A model generated the notes under the pieces. The model was not told the DNA's origin, ran no database searches, and saw only the letters and a list, made by a program, of their open reading frames with translations. Of a stretch of 64,000 bases of DNA, positions 38,200 through 46,396 are shown one piece after another. The DNA lies in NCBI GenBank assembly GCA_030372985.1, contig JAUCQB010000088.1, positions 9,583 through 73,582 of the forward strand, read 5' to 3'. The stretch is from Phycisphaerae bacterium. GTDB taxonomy: Bacteria > Planctomycetota > Phycisphaerae > UBA1845 > PWPN01. Made by a program: the position numbers and the translations under genes. How positions within the stretch are numbered: the stretch's first letter is position 1; the number at the start of each line of letters is the position of its first letter.

Positions 38200-39900
38200 T
38201 CATGGCGAGCAATTCGGATCGGCCGGCAGGTCCTCCGAACTCAGGCACCGCTGGAAGACGGCGAAGTCGGATTGATCAACGTCTCCGTCCAGATCCAGGT
38301 CCGGCGCCATAAGGCCGTTGCCATATTTGAGGACCCCACATGAAGGCGGCAACTGTCCCACATCATACGCAACAGCAGGGCCGGTTGCGCACGCCTCGAA
38401 GACATCATAGTCGTCCCGGTCCACGGTGCCGTCCTGATCGAAATCACTGATCGCGCGCACCGAGCAGGCTTCTGCGCTGCAGTCGGTCAGACAGCCCATC
38501 CACAAGCCCCCAAGGATGTCGCAGTCGCCCTCTGTCTGGTCCGGGATACACGCCCAATTCAGACAACACGCGCCACTTGACACCACTTCCACCGCAACGG
38601 AGGCGCAGTCCGAGTTGCCACACGGACCTTCCATGCGAGCGTAATACGTTGTATTCGTGGTCGGCCCGACCTGAATGGACGGGCCGCTGCCAACGGAAAC
38701 GCCTGTCCCGCAGCCGTTGGCATACCACACGACAGTTCCAACTGCGTCGCCGGCGGCACTCAGGGTCGTCTGGCCGCCAAGCTCGACCGGATTGGGCACG
38801 GCGGCAACACTGGCGGGAGCAATTGGGGTCATGCCGCAGAAGCTCTGGCAGGACAGTTCACAGTCGTACTCATAGACAAGGTACACCTGGCCGCCCTGGT
38901 TCACTGCGATATCGCAGCCACCCGCGTCATCCTGGTTGCCTTTCTGCATTCGGGACCATGTGGTGCCGTTGTCTCGCGACAGGGCGTACATCAACCTGCT
39001 TCCGTCGAGGTCCCAGTAGACTACGTGGAGAGAGTCATCGGGCGCACGGGCGATTCGGCAGAACCCGCCGTCACAATCGGCCGCGCTGTCAATCGCTCCT
39101 TTGACAACCCAACTGCCGCCGACAGTGTTGGCGTACCGTGGATGATTGTCGAGATTGCTGCCTGTATATGTGACATGGAGGTTGCCGGCCGAATCCATCG
39201 CGATGCCCGGCCGGCCGTGGTACCACTTGCCGACGGCGGCGTGGATGAGCTGTGGACCCTCCCAATCGCCGCCGAGGGGACGCCGCCGATAGTAGAAACT
39301 CCCGCCTCTCAGATACACGGCGTGGATGTCGCCGGAAGCGTCCGCCATCATTGCCGCTGTCCCGTCGTAGCCGGTGGCTTCGGCACTCGTGAAGACGGGC
39401 GACGTGCAGCCGCAGTCGGTCAGGGCATGTTCCAAAACATCCGAAGTTCCGTTCCTGCGCTCGTACAGGAAGTGGATTGCTGTGCCATACACGCTCATGG
39501 CGCTGTGGTCAAAGCCGACAGCGTTGGGACTGACTCCCGATTTGACCGCGCACGACGACCATCCGCCGTTCTTACACGCCAGCATCACCGAGCCATAGTT
39601 CCAACCTCTGACCCAACTGGCAATGACATTGTCCGACGATCCGAGGCCGACCCAGGTGTTCAAAAAAGCGTCGGTGCTTGTGTCGAGGGTTGTCGTCGTC
39701 CACGACGAACCAGACAGGTACGAGTACTTGACACGATGGGTGGTGCCGCAATCGTCGAGGTGCACGGCATGCACGGTCCCGTTGCCGTCTATGGCGATCG
39801 ACACCTCGCCTCCGCCGCTCTCCGCAAACGAACGGGGAATGGCAAGAGAGACAAACCCGCAGAGCGCACACGCGATCGAGAAAAACCTCTGAACACTCAT
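38200..39900 (-). CDS. Secreted Asp-box (BNR/sialidase-like) beta-propeller protein with dockerin-like C-terminus (566 aa)
   Basis: The ATG at 39900 gives MSVQRFFSIACALCGFVSLAIPRSFA, a signal peptide. One clear Asp-box is present (SRDNGTTW), together with repeated V(Y/H) strand patterns. The C-terminal DFDQDGTVDRDDYDVFEACATGP ... DLDLDGDVDQSDFAVFQRCLS ... ADPNCSP matches the tails of the genes ending at 18802 and 29778. Confidence 0.75.
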   Translation of the reverse strand: MSVQRFFSIACALCGFVSLAIPRSFAESGGGEVSIAIDGNGTVHAVHLDDCGTTHRVKYSYLSGSSWTTTTLDTSTDAFLNTWVGLGSSDNVIASWVRGWNYGSVMLACKNGGWSSCAVKSGVSPNAVGFDHSAMSVYGTAIHFLYERRNGTSDVLEHALTDCGCTSPVFTSAEATGYDGTAAMMADASGDIHAVYLRGGSFYYRRRPLGGDWEGPQLIHAAVGKWYHGRPGIAMDSAGNLHVTYTGSNLDNHPRYANTVGGSWVVKGAIDSAADCDGGFCRIARAPDDSLHVVYWDLDGSRLMYALSRDNGTTWSRMQKGNQDDAGGCDIAVNQGGQVYLVYEYDCELSCQSFCGMTPIAPASVAAVPNPVELGGQTTLSAAGDAVGTVVWYANGCGTGVSVGSGPSIQVGPTTNTTYYARMEGPCGNSDCASVAVEVVSSGACCLNWACIPDQTEGDCDILGGLWMGCLTDCSAEACSVRAISDFDQDGTVDRDDYDVFEACATGPAVAYDVGQLPPSCGVLKYGNGLMAPDLDLDGDVDQSDFAVFQRCLSSEDLPADPNCSP

Positions 39901-40588
39901 CGAATGATGAGCGTCAACACTCCGGGTGAGCACGCCCGTCGCTCCTTTCTCCATCGCGGCGATCGTCATGCGACCAGCATGTGCCCGCGATAACGCACCG
40001 CATGACGTGATCGTGAGAGCCGTCAAGCGCCGTGCCCAAGCACATCCGGCCACCAAAGGGTTCACGTCCGAATAAAGGAGCCGGGCGAGCGTCAGTCAGC
40101 GCAACACAAGACCAACGATTTACAGGCGGCGCCACTCCAAGGCGCTGACCTCGCGCGACCGATTTCCGCAAACAGCGATTGAGAGAATCGATTGTGCACA
40201 ACCGCCGCTGGTCGGAAGACACAAGCCTGGCTCGCCCCAATGGCCCGGCAAACAAAGAATCATTATATCGCGTCCCTCTCTTGTTGAACAGGCCCGAGTC
40301 TCTCTCCCCGGCCGGAGCAACATACAAGCCTGTTTGATCCGATAACGGAGGCGCGAACATACGAAGATACTATTGGAACCTTACAGCCAGAGATCTGTGC
40401 AGCTTGCTCGTGTGTTTTTGGATTGCAGTGCGCTTGGGTTGCGGCCCGCCCTGGAATTCTTGTGCTTTTCCCACGTGTGCAGACTTTTTCGCCCGCCCGC
40501 CTGAGCGGCCCGCCCTTAGCGCATTTGCCCGGCACAGCGTGAGTTGATGGAGCAGATCAAGTGCCGAGAACGATCGTTTTCAGCCGTA

Positions 40589-42022
40589 TCACGCAGGCGT
40601 TCCTGTCGCGGGGTTGCTTGCGGGCTGCTCGAACCACGAGCTGCTGGCGACGCGGCGGGAGGGGCGGATGAGCTTGCGGAGGATGAAGGCGATGCGTTTG
40701 CGGTTGATCCAGATAGCCTCGAACATTTCGCGGAAACGCAGGTTGCGCAGGTAGACGTAGAGGTATCCCTGGAGCTGAAGGCGCTCCATGGTCCGGCGGG
40801 GCAGGTTGTCCATTTCGAGGGCGTTGCCGATCTGCTTGTTGAAGTCTTCCCAGTTGACGCCGATCAGCTTGTAGCCGCCCTGCCCGCGGGTAGCCAGTTC
40901 CCAGATCTGCGAACCCGGGTACGGCACCATCAGGCCGATGGCCACCGAGTTAGGGTTAACCTTCGCGGCCAGGCGGATGGTGTCCCAGGCCGTCTGGCGA
41001 GTCTCATTGGGGTGGCCCAGGATGAAGTACGCGGCAAAGTCGAGTTTGGCCTCTCGCAGCACGCGGGCGGCGCGCAGGACATCCTCCGGGCCGACGCCCT
41101 TCTTCATGCGAGCCATGATCTGCGGGTTACCGGATTCCACCCCGAAGCCGACGCTGCTGAAGTTGGCCTCCTTGAGCAGCCTGGCGGTCGGCAGGTCGAT
41201 GGTGTTGGCGTGAACATACGCCCAGAAGCGAACCTTACCGTTGATTCCCTCGGCGATGATGGCCTTGCACAAGGCGGCGGCGTGCTTTTTGTTGACCGTA
41301 AAGGTCTCGTCGTAGAAGTCCGTGGCCGTGCAGCCGAACTGCTCGATGTTTCGCTTGATCTCGGCGATGACGTGTTCCACGCTGCGGCGTCGCACCTTAC
41401 GGCCATAGGGACGACTGCAGAAGTTGCATCCGAAGGGGCAGCCGCGCTGGCTCATCACCGGATACATGCGAGCGGGCGGAAACAGCTCCCAGGCAGGCAT
41501 GCCGAGGTCATCGAGGTTGTCTGCAATCTCGCCCCGGCCGTTGACTCGAATTGTCTTACCCTCTCGGCTGGCGACGCCCTGAATGCGCGAAGGGTCACCG
41601 CCGTCGAAGATCGCCCGCACGAACTTGTGGAACGCGATCTCGCCCTCACCGACGACGATGTAGTCAAAGCTGGGGAACTCTCGCAGAGTCCGCTCGGGCA
41701 GAAAGCTGCCGTGGAAGCCGCCGAGGACCACAATTGTCTCCGGGCATTGGGCCTTCACCGCAGCGGCGATCCTGTGGGCGGTGACGATCATATGCGTCAT
41801 GGCCGTCAGCCCGAGGATTCGCGGCCGACGCCCGATAATCTCCCGGATCGTGTCGTCCACGCTGAGCCGGCTCAGCTTGCCGTCGATCACCGAGCACTCG
41901 ATGCCGTTCTTGAGCAGATAGCCCGCCACGGAGGCAATGCCGATTGCCGGGTAGTCCGGCGTGTCGTAACACTCGCGGGGAACCTCGGCCGGCGGGTTGA
42001 CCAGGAGAATGCGCTCGCTCAT
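40589..42022 (-). CDS. B12-binding-domain radical SAM enzyme
   Basis: The N-terminal region is of the B12-binding type (ILLVNPP ... GIASVAGYLLKNGIECSVIDG ... ILGLTAMT). The radical SAM cluster motif is SQRGCPFGCNFCS. It is the last gene downstream of the glycan locus on the minus strand. Confidence 0.85.
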   Translation of the reverse strand: MSERILLVNPPAEVPRECYDTPDYPAIGIASVAGYLLKNGIECSVIDGKLSRLSVDDTIREIIGRRPRILGLTAMTHMIVTAHRIAAAVKAQCPETIVVLGGFHGSFLPERTLREFPSFDYIVVGEGEIAFHKFVRAIFDGGDPSRIQGVASREGKTIRVNGRGEIADNLDDLGMPAWELFPPARMYPVMSQRGCPFGCNFCSRPYGRKVRRRSVEHVIAEIKRNIEQFGCTATDFYDETFTVNKKHAAALCKAIIAEGINGKVRFWAYVHANTIDLPTARLLKEANFSSVGFGVESGNPQIMARMKKGVGPEDVLRAARVLREAKLDFAAYFILGHPNETRQTAWDTIRLAAKVNPNSVAIGLMVPYPGSQIWELATRGQGGYKLIGVNWEDFNKQIGNALEMDNLPRRTMERLQLQGYLYVYLRNLRFREMFEAIWINRKRIAFILRKLIRPSRRVASSSWFEQPASNPATGTPA

Positions 42023-42112
42023 GCGTGGGTCCTCTCAACAGGTTATCGGATGCCCGCGGGCAAAGGTGAAGCTAGCAGAGAACGGTTCAGGCCTTCGACA
42101 GGCTCAGGCCAA

Positions 42113-42147
42113 GGGGTTCGGGGTTCAGGGTTCTGGGTTCAGGGTTG
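42113..42147. repeat. Five tandem heptanucleotide repeats (GGGGTTC GGGGTTC AGGGTTC TGGGTTC AGGGTTG), a G-quadruplex-type motif
   Basis: Read directly. It lies in the 153-bp gap between the sugar-transferase stop (42176) and the radical SAM start (42022). The G-runs are on the plus strand, which is the template strand for both genes. Confidence 0.9.
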
Positions 42148-42175
42148 GGTGGATCTTGGTCCGCGGGCGCGGACC

Positions 42176-43675
42176 CTACCGTGAGCCGATGAAGAGGGTC
42201 CCCAGGGTGCGGAGCAGGATGGTCAGATCGAGCTCGATGCACATGTGCTTGATGTACCAGAGATCGAGCTGAAGCTTTCGCTGGGCGTCCTCGACGCTGG
42301 CCCCGTAGCGGTAGTTGATCTGGGCCCATCCGGTCAGCCCCGGCTTGATCACGTGGCGCTCGTTATAAAAGCGAATCTTGGCGGCCAGCTCGTCGACGAA
42401 CTCAGGTCGCTCCGGTCGCGGGCCCACCACGGACATCGTCCCCATCAGAACATTGACCAACTGCGGCAGCTCGTCGATGCGAAGCTTGCGCAGATAGCGT
42501 CCGACACGGGTCACACGCGGGTCGTTGATCGCCGCCCAGGCGTGGCCGTTCTTCTCCGAGCCGACCATCATAGTCCGGAACTTGTAGAGCCGGAAATGAC
42601 GTCCCAGCAGGCCGACGCGCGTCTGGCTGTAGAAGACCGGCCCGGGGCTGTCGAGCCTGATGAGCAGGGCGATCAGCGGCCAGAAGGGCAACGTCAGAAT
42701 CAGACCGACGCTCGCCAGGACAATGTCCATGGCCCGCTTCATGATGAGCTGGGCCTCGTGATAGTGTTTGAAGTCGGCAAAGAGGAACCAGTTCGGCTCG
42801 AGCAGGGCCGCGGGCACCTCGCTGAGCACGTCCTCGTAGAAAGTTGAGAGATTCGTCACCCGGCAGCCGATTTTGAGGCATCGCAGGGCCTTGTCCACGG
42901 TCCATGGGTTCTTCGACGCCACCCGGCCGACGACCACCTCATCCACCTGATTCTCCAGGCAAATTTGCTCGATTTCGTCCACTGTGCCCAGCACGGGGTG
43001 CTTGCCGATGGAGCGGCCAACTTCCAGTGCATCGGTGGTGACGTAGCCGACCAGTTGGTATCGCTTCGACAGGCCGTCCCCCTGGCAATCCGGGGACAAC
43101 TGCGACTTGCGGTCGGTGCCGACGACCAGAAACTTGCGGCTGTACCGGTTGACGGCGGAGCAGACGATCAGGCGGAAGGTCGGTGCCAGGGCAAGGTAGC
43201 TGGCCATGGACAGGAGCATGACGCGGCGGCTGTAGATCGAATACATCAGAAAGTAGATGATGATGTAGGTGAGAGCCGCGGCGGTCGCCGCTGTCAGGAA
43301 AGAGCGGGCCAGAATGCGCGACCGGCGAATCAGCGTCTTCTGCTCGTAGAGTCCGAAGACCAATCCCGCAACGACCATGGCAGGTGCCTGGACGAGGCAC
43401 ATCTGCCACCAGGTGAAGGGGACCCAGCCGCCCGTCGGCGTCCAGACAAGCACGCGGTAAGCCAGATACAGGCCAAGGGACAGGATCGCCACATCGAAGG
43501 CGCTCCACAGCATCCAGGGCATTTCCAGGAGCGTGTTGCCGAACGCGCCGAACCAGTTGCGGCCGACCGGCAGCGCCGGCGTTTCCGGCCTGACCAGCCG
43601 GAGACGGGCTCGCATGGGCAGACTGCCTGGCAACAAACCAGGATCGATGAAGACGCTTTGCGTCGGGGAGTCCAT
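42176..43675 (-). CDS. Polyprenyl-phosphate glycosyl-1-phosphate transferase (WbaP/EPS priming sugar transferase)
   Basis: It has N-terminal TM helices. The C-terminal bacterial sugar transferase domain reads RLDSPGPVFYSQTRVGLLGRHFRLYKFRTM, DELPQLVNVLMGTMSVVGPRPERPEF, KPGLTGWAQINYRYG. Confidence 0.88.
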   Translation of the reverse strand: MDSPTQSVFIDPGLLPGSLPMRARLRLVRPETPALPVGRNWFGAFGNTLLEMPWMLWSAFDVAILSLGLYLAYRVLVWTPTGGWVPFTWWQMCLVQAPAMVVAGLVFGLYEQKTLIRRSRILARSFLTAATAAALTYIIIYFLMYSIYSRRVMLLSMASYLALAPTFRLIVCSAVNRYSRKFLVVGTDRKSQLSPDCQGDGLSKRYQLVGYVTTDALEVGRSIGKHPVLGTVDEIEQICLENQVDEVVVGRVASKNPWTVDKALRCLKIGCRVTNLSTFYEDVLSEVPAALLEPNWFLFADFKHYHEAQLIMKRAMDIVLASVGLILTLPFWPLIALLIRLDSPGPVFYSQTRVGLLGRHFRLYKFRTMMVGSEKNGHAWAAINDPRVTRVGRYLRKLRIDELPQLVNVLMGTMSVVGPRPERPEFVDELAAKIRFYNERHVIKPGLTGWAQINYRYGASVEDAQRKLQLDLWYIKHMCIELDLTILLRTLGTLFIGSR

Positions 43676-44072
43676 AACCGTCGCCCCTGTTGATTCTTCC
43701 TGGGTCTTGTTGTTATCGGCGCGATCGGCGAGGGGTCTGAGCTATGATCGTATACGCTTGAATGATTCGCTGCGGGGCTTACGAAAGATGATTGCCACTC
43801 GAGCGAATGCCCGCTGAGATCCTTTTCGGTCGACGACCTTGGCCGGTCCGGCGGGTGGCACGGATGGCCTGCCCGCCAGTGCACGCGACCGATCCGCTGG
43901 AAATGGTGCTGAAACCGGCGGAACCGTTTGAATATCGGACGTTAGGCGGGCGGAAACGAGGGCCTGGCAAAGCCCGAAAACCGCGGGCGTTACCTTCAGT
44001 GAGGCAAGCAGATGCCGATAAAACTGAGAGACTTTATTGGACTGATTCCCGCATGGACGGAGAGCAAGCGGC

Positions 44073-44879
44073 ATGTGCCCCAGGCCTGGATACTCGTTGA
44101 TCGTGGCGGTCATGTGTGTGTTTGCCCTGGCTGTCGATGCTGGCTGCAGCAAGCAAAAAATGGCGGCGCCGGCGGCCTACTCGGGAGCGACGCTCTGTGG
44201 CGACAGTTTTGGCGTCACAGGCGCCTCGTGTCCGACCACCGGTTTCGTCATTCTGGAAAAGCAGAAGAGCAGGGGGCGATTCCCCTGCCGCCTGGCCGTG
44301 GCCAGGCTGGTGCCCGATCCGAAGCAGCCGTTTGCGGACCCCTTGTCCACCGAGTGGACGCTGGGGGCAATCAAGGATGAGGATTCAACGTACTGGACCA
44401 GCTTGTTCAACACCGTGTCGGATATCCAGGGCGTGACGATCATGGACCCGCTGAACATGGAGCAGCCGGAGGCGAACCTGGAGACGATCGCCGCGACGGC
44501 CGCGGAGATGAAGACCGGGCTGAGCGTGATCTTCGGGCCGTCATCGGCCGATCCGGGCAGCGCTTCCATCCTAGGCGTGATCATGGACAACGCCCGCCGC
44601 GAACGCATCGCCTGGGTGCAGGCCCTGGCCGGTCCCGAAGACACCTACGACCCGCCGCCCGACCGGATGCTCGGCGACCAGCGGTATGAAGACGTGAACT
44701 ACATCGCCATCCGCAAGTTCCAGCAGCAGGTCCGCCAGTGCATGCAGGAACTACGCTCCCGTGACACCCCGGCCCCGGCCACCCAGCCGAGCCCCTGGAG
44801 CACCGGCCGCAGCATCCCTTCAAGGGACCGGCAGCTTCCACCCATCTACATCATCCCCAACCGGCCGATGGACTGGTGA
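44073..44879 (+). CDS. Hypothetical lipoprotein (268 aa), opposite strand to the surrounding glycan genes
   Basis: It has a signal plus lipobox (LIVAVMCVFALAVDAGC) and a Pro-rich C-terminus. I recognise no family. Confidence 0.6.
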   Translation: MCPRPGYSLIVAVMCVFALAVDAGCSKQKMAAPAAYSGATLCGDSFGVTGASCPTTGFVILEKQKSRGRFPCRLAVARLVPDPKQPFADPLSTEWTLGAIKDEDSTYWTSLFNTVSDIQGVTIMDPLNMEQPEANLETIAATAAEMKTGLSVIFGPSSADPGSASILGVIMDNARRERIAWVQALAGPEDTYDPPPDRMLGDQRYEDVNYIAIRKFQQQVRQCMQELRSRDTPAPATQPSPWSTGRSIPSRDRQLPPIYIIPNRPMDW

Positions 44880-44926
44880 GAGCATCGCCCGCCACGATCG
44901 GCAACAGACACAGCCAACGAACGTGC

Positions 44927-46396
44927 TTAATCAATGTGCGAGACCACGCAGGCGTGTTTGCCGGAGGGCGTGGGGGGGATGTGGTCGCGGCGGCTGAGGC
45001 GGATGGCAACGTCATCACCCACGCGGCGACGCAGGCCGAGAAGGATGGCACGTTCGGAATCGTCGTTGAAGCGGGCGGTTGGGACGACATCGACGTCGAG
45101 TTCGTCCAACGACCGCTGGGTGATGCGAAACTGGCGGATACCGTCGACCTCACGGAGCACATAAATCAGGGCAAGAGCGTGCATGCGGCGGATCTGGTCG
45201 CCGGCCCGGCAGACGATCTGATCGGTCAGGCGGCCGCGAACCTCGGCCAGGGCGGCCAGCGACACACCGCACTCGCAACGAGATTGAGAGCCCATCCCCA
45301 TGTGAGGGTTCAGGGTTCGGGGTTCAGGGTTCAGGCCCGCACAAGACCCGAGCTGTCGCTGCCCAGTGGCCGGAGCGCCTTTGTCTGCCCACACGCGGGC
45401 CAGGTCGCCGGTGCGATAGCGGATCAGCGGCATGGCATACGTTTCCAGGTGCGTAACCACCACCTCGCCGATTTCGCCCGCGGTAACGGGTCTGCCCTGC
45501 TCATCGAGCAGTTCGAGGATGACATTCTCCTGCGGAATGTGCAAACGGCCGGCCGGACAGCCGAGCGCCAACAAGCCGCCGTCACGGCAGCCGTACTCGA
45601 TGACGACGGGAGCGCCAAACGCCGAGGCGATCACCTCGCGATCAGGCTCGACCAGCACCTCGCCGGTCACGAAAACCGCTCGCAGACGCGGTGAACCCAG
45701 CGATCCTGGCGCCAGGCCCCTCGTGAGCGCATGTCGCGAGAGAAGCGCCAGGCTGCCGGCATATCCATACAAACAAACGGGGCGCACCGCACGGATGCGG
45801 CCGATGTACGCATCCATGGTCGTGTCGGTCATGTCGAAGGCGTTCAGGATATACTGATTCAGCAGGGCATCTCGCCACCGACGCAGACGATCGTTGGCCG
45901 CCAGCTCAATCGGCGCGCCCCAGAGCAAAACCTCCGGGTCGCCCGGCTGCACGCCCCACCACTGCCGCGAACGCCAGCGAGCGGCCCCGTCGGCCGCCTG
46001 GCGGAACCGGTCGAAATAGAACTTGAGCGGCTCGCCGCTGGAGCCGCCGGTGTTGTAAAGCCGCGGTCCGCCACGCGGGCAACCGAACCAGGTCATTTCG
46101 TCGCGATGCTCGCGGACGTCGTCTCGCGTCAACAGGGAGAGTGACCGAAGAACATCCAAGGCCAGTCGAGGATCGTTCGGATCAATGCCCGCCCGACGGA
46201 TGCGCCGGCCGTGGTATGGGCAATGCTCGCTTGCGATCTGGAGCAGCCGGCGCAGCTTGCGTTCCTGAATCTCGCGGATCGCCTCCTGCGGCAGATGCTG
46301 CGTGCGGTTCAGGGCCGCGAGACGCCGCACGGTGTCGCGCTGACAAAGCCGCTCGGTGAGCGGCCAGAACACCTGTCCGGCGAGCCGGCGGTTCAT
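44927..46396 (-). CDS. CapK / phenylacetate-CoA-ligase-like adenylate-forming enzyme carrying a repeat-containing insertion
   Basis: The ATG at 46396 overlaps the upstream stop (ATGA). Motifs are LYNTGGSSGEPLKFYF, YGCRDGG, PLIRYRTGD and CECG...GRLTD. About 41 aa separate RYRTGD from the CxCG motif, and this segment contains the heptamer repeat. Confidence 0.8.
   Translation of the reverse strand: MNRRLAGQVFWPLTERLCQRDTVRRLAALNRTQHLPQEAIREIQERKLRRLLQIASEHCPYHGRRIRRAGIDPNDPRLALDVLRSLSLLTRDDVREHRDEMTWFGCPRGGPRLYNTGGSSGEPLKFYFDRFRQAADGAARWRSRQWWGVQPGDPEVLLWGAPIELAANDRLRRWRDALLNQYILNAFDMTDTTMDAYIGRIRAVRPVCLYGYAGSLALLSRHALTRGLAPGSLGSPRLRAVFVTGEVLVEPDREVIASAFGAPVVIEYGCRDGGLLALGCPAGRLHIPQENVILELLDEQGRPVTAGEIGEVVVTHLETYAMPLIRYRTGDLARVWADKGAPATGQRQLGSCAGLNPEPRTLNPHMGMGSQSRCECGVSLAALAEVRGRLTDQIVCRAGDQIRRMHALALIYVLREVDGIRQFRITQRSLDELDVDVVPTARFNDDSERAILLGLRRRVGDDVAIRLSRRDHIPPTPSGKHACVVSHID
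45305..45335. repeat. Four tandem heptanucleotide repeats (AGGGTTC AGGGTTC GGGGTTC AGGGTTC AGG) inside the CapK-like CDS
   Basis: Read directly. It shares a 19-nt identical core (minus-strand AACCCTGAACCCCGAACCC) with the repeat at 42113-42147. It encodes ...GLNPEPRTLNPH... in the CapK frame. Confidence 0.9.

Noticed and set aside
42087-42329. 80-aa minus-strand ORF running through the heptamer repeat (…PNPEPRTLNPEP…)
   Set aside because: It overlaps the 3' end of the sugar-transferase gene and has a low-complexity translation driven by the repeat. There is no start context.
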